From Octopus vulgaris (lineage: Eukaryota), in assembly GCA_951406725.2 (NCBI GenBank), contig OX597824.1:95480001-95544000 (forward strand): 64,000 bases of DNA. Reading direction: 5' to 3'. A program made the position numbers and the translations under genes. The notes under the pieces were generated by a model. The model made no database searches. It worked only from the letters and a program-made list of their open reading frames with translations, and was not told the DNA's origin. This document shows, one piece after another, positions 63,936 through 64,000 of the stretch (positions within the stretch are counted from its first letter, which is position 1; each line of letters starts with the position of its first letter).

Positions 63936-64000
63936 AATAATAATGATGATGATGAACATTTCTATGAGTACAAAAAAGAAATGAAACTTAGGAAATAAGG

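Overview
AT-rich, repeat-dense metazoan genomic DNA. The SINE/LINE repertoire and microsatellite load suggest an octopus; this is an inference. I could assemble two spliced genes by hand, transcribed divergently. (1) On the minus strand, the 5' part of an LRRC74-family leucine-rich-repeat gene: 7 coding exons from the ATG at 11957 down to 695, continuing off the left edge. (2) On the plus strand, a complete 4-exon, ~200-aa ATF3/Fos-class bZIP gene (56488-62109) with a TATA/Inr core promoter, an upstream CRE and a degenerate leucine zipper. Neither gene is represented correctly in the ORF track. Introns and the ~44 kb intergenic region hold at least four tRNA-derived SINE families, RTE, CR1, L1/Tx1 and R4/Dong-type LINE fragments, Tc1/mariner, hAT and Merlin-type MITEs, a Helitron-like element, a probable solo LTR and microsatellites. 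The most interesting signals: a Meta-type SINE that repeatedly multimerises at one nucleotide in its own anticodon-like loop through a Tx1-like tail (possible self-targeting SINE), a tRNA-Arg-headed element carrying a Penelope-type minimal hammerhead ribozyme, several more hammerhead relics in inverted pairs, and a CpG-decay footprint over the LRRC74 gene body.
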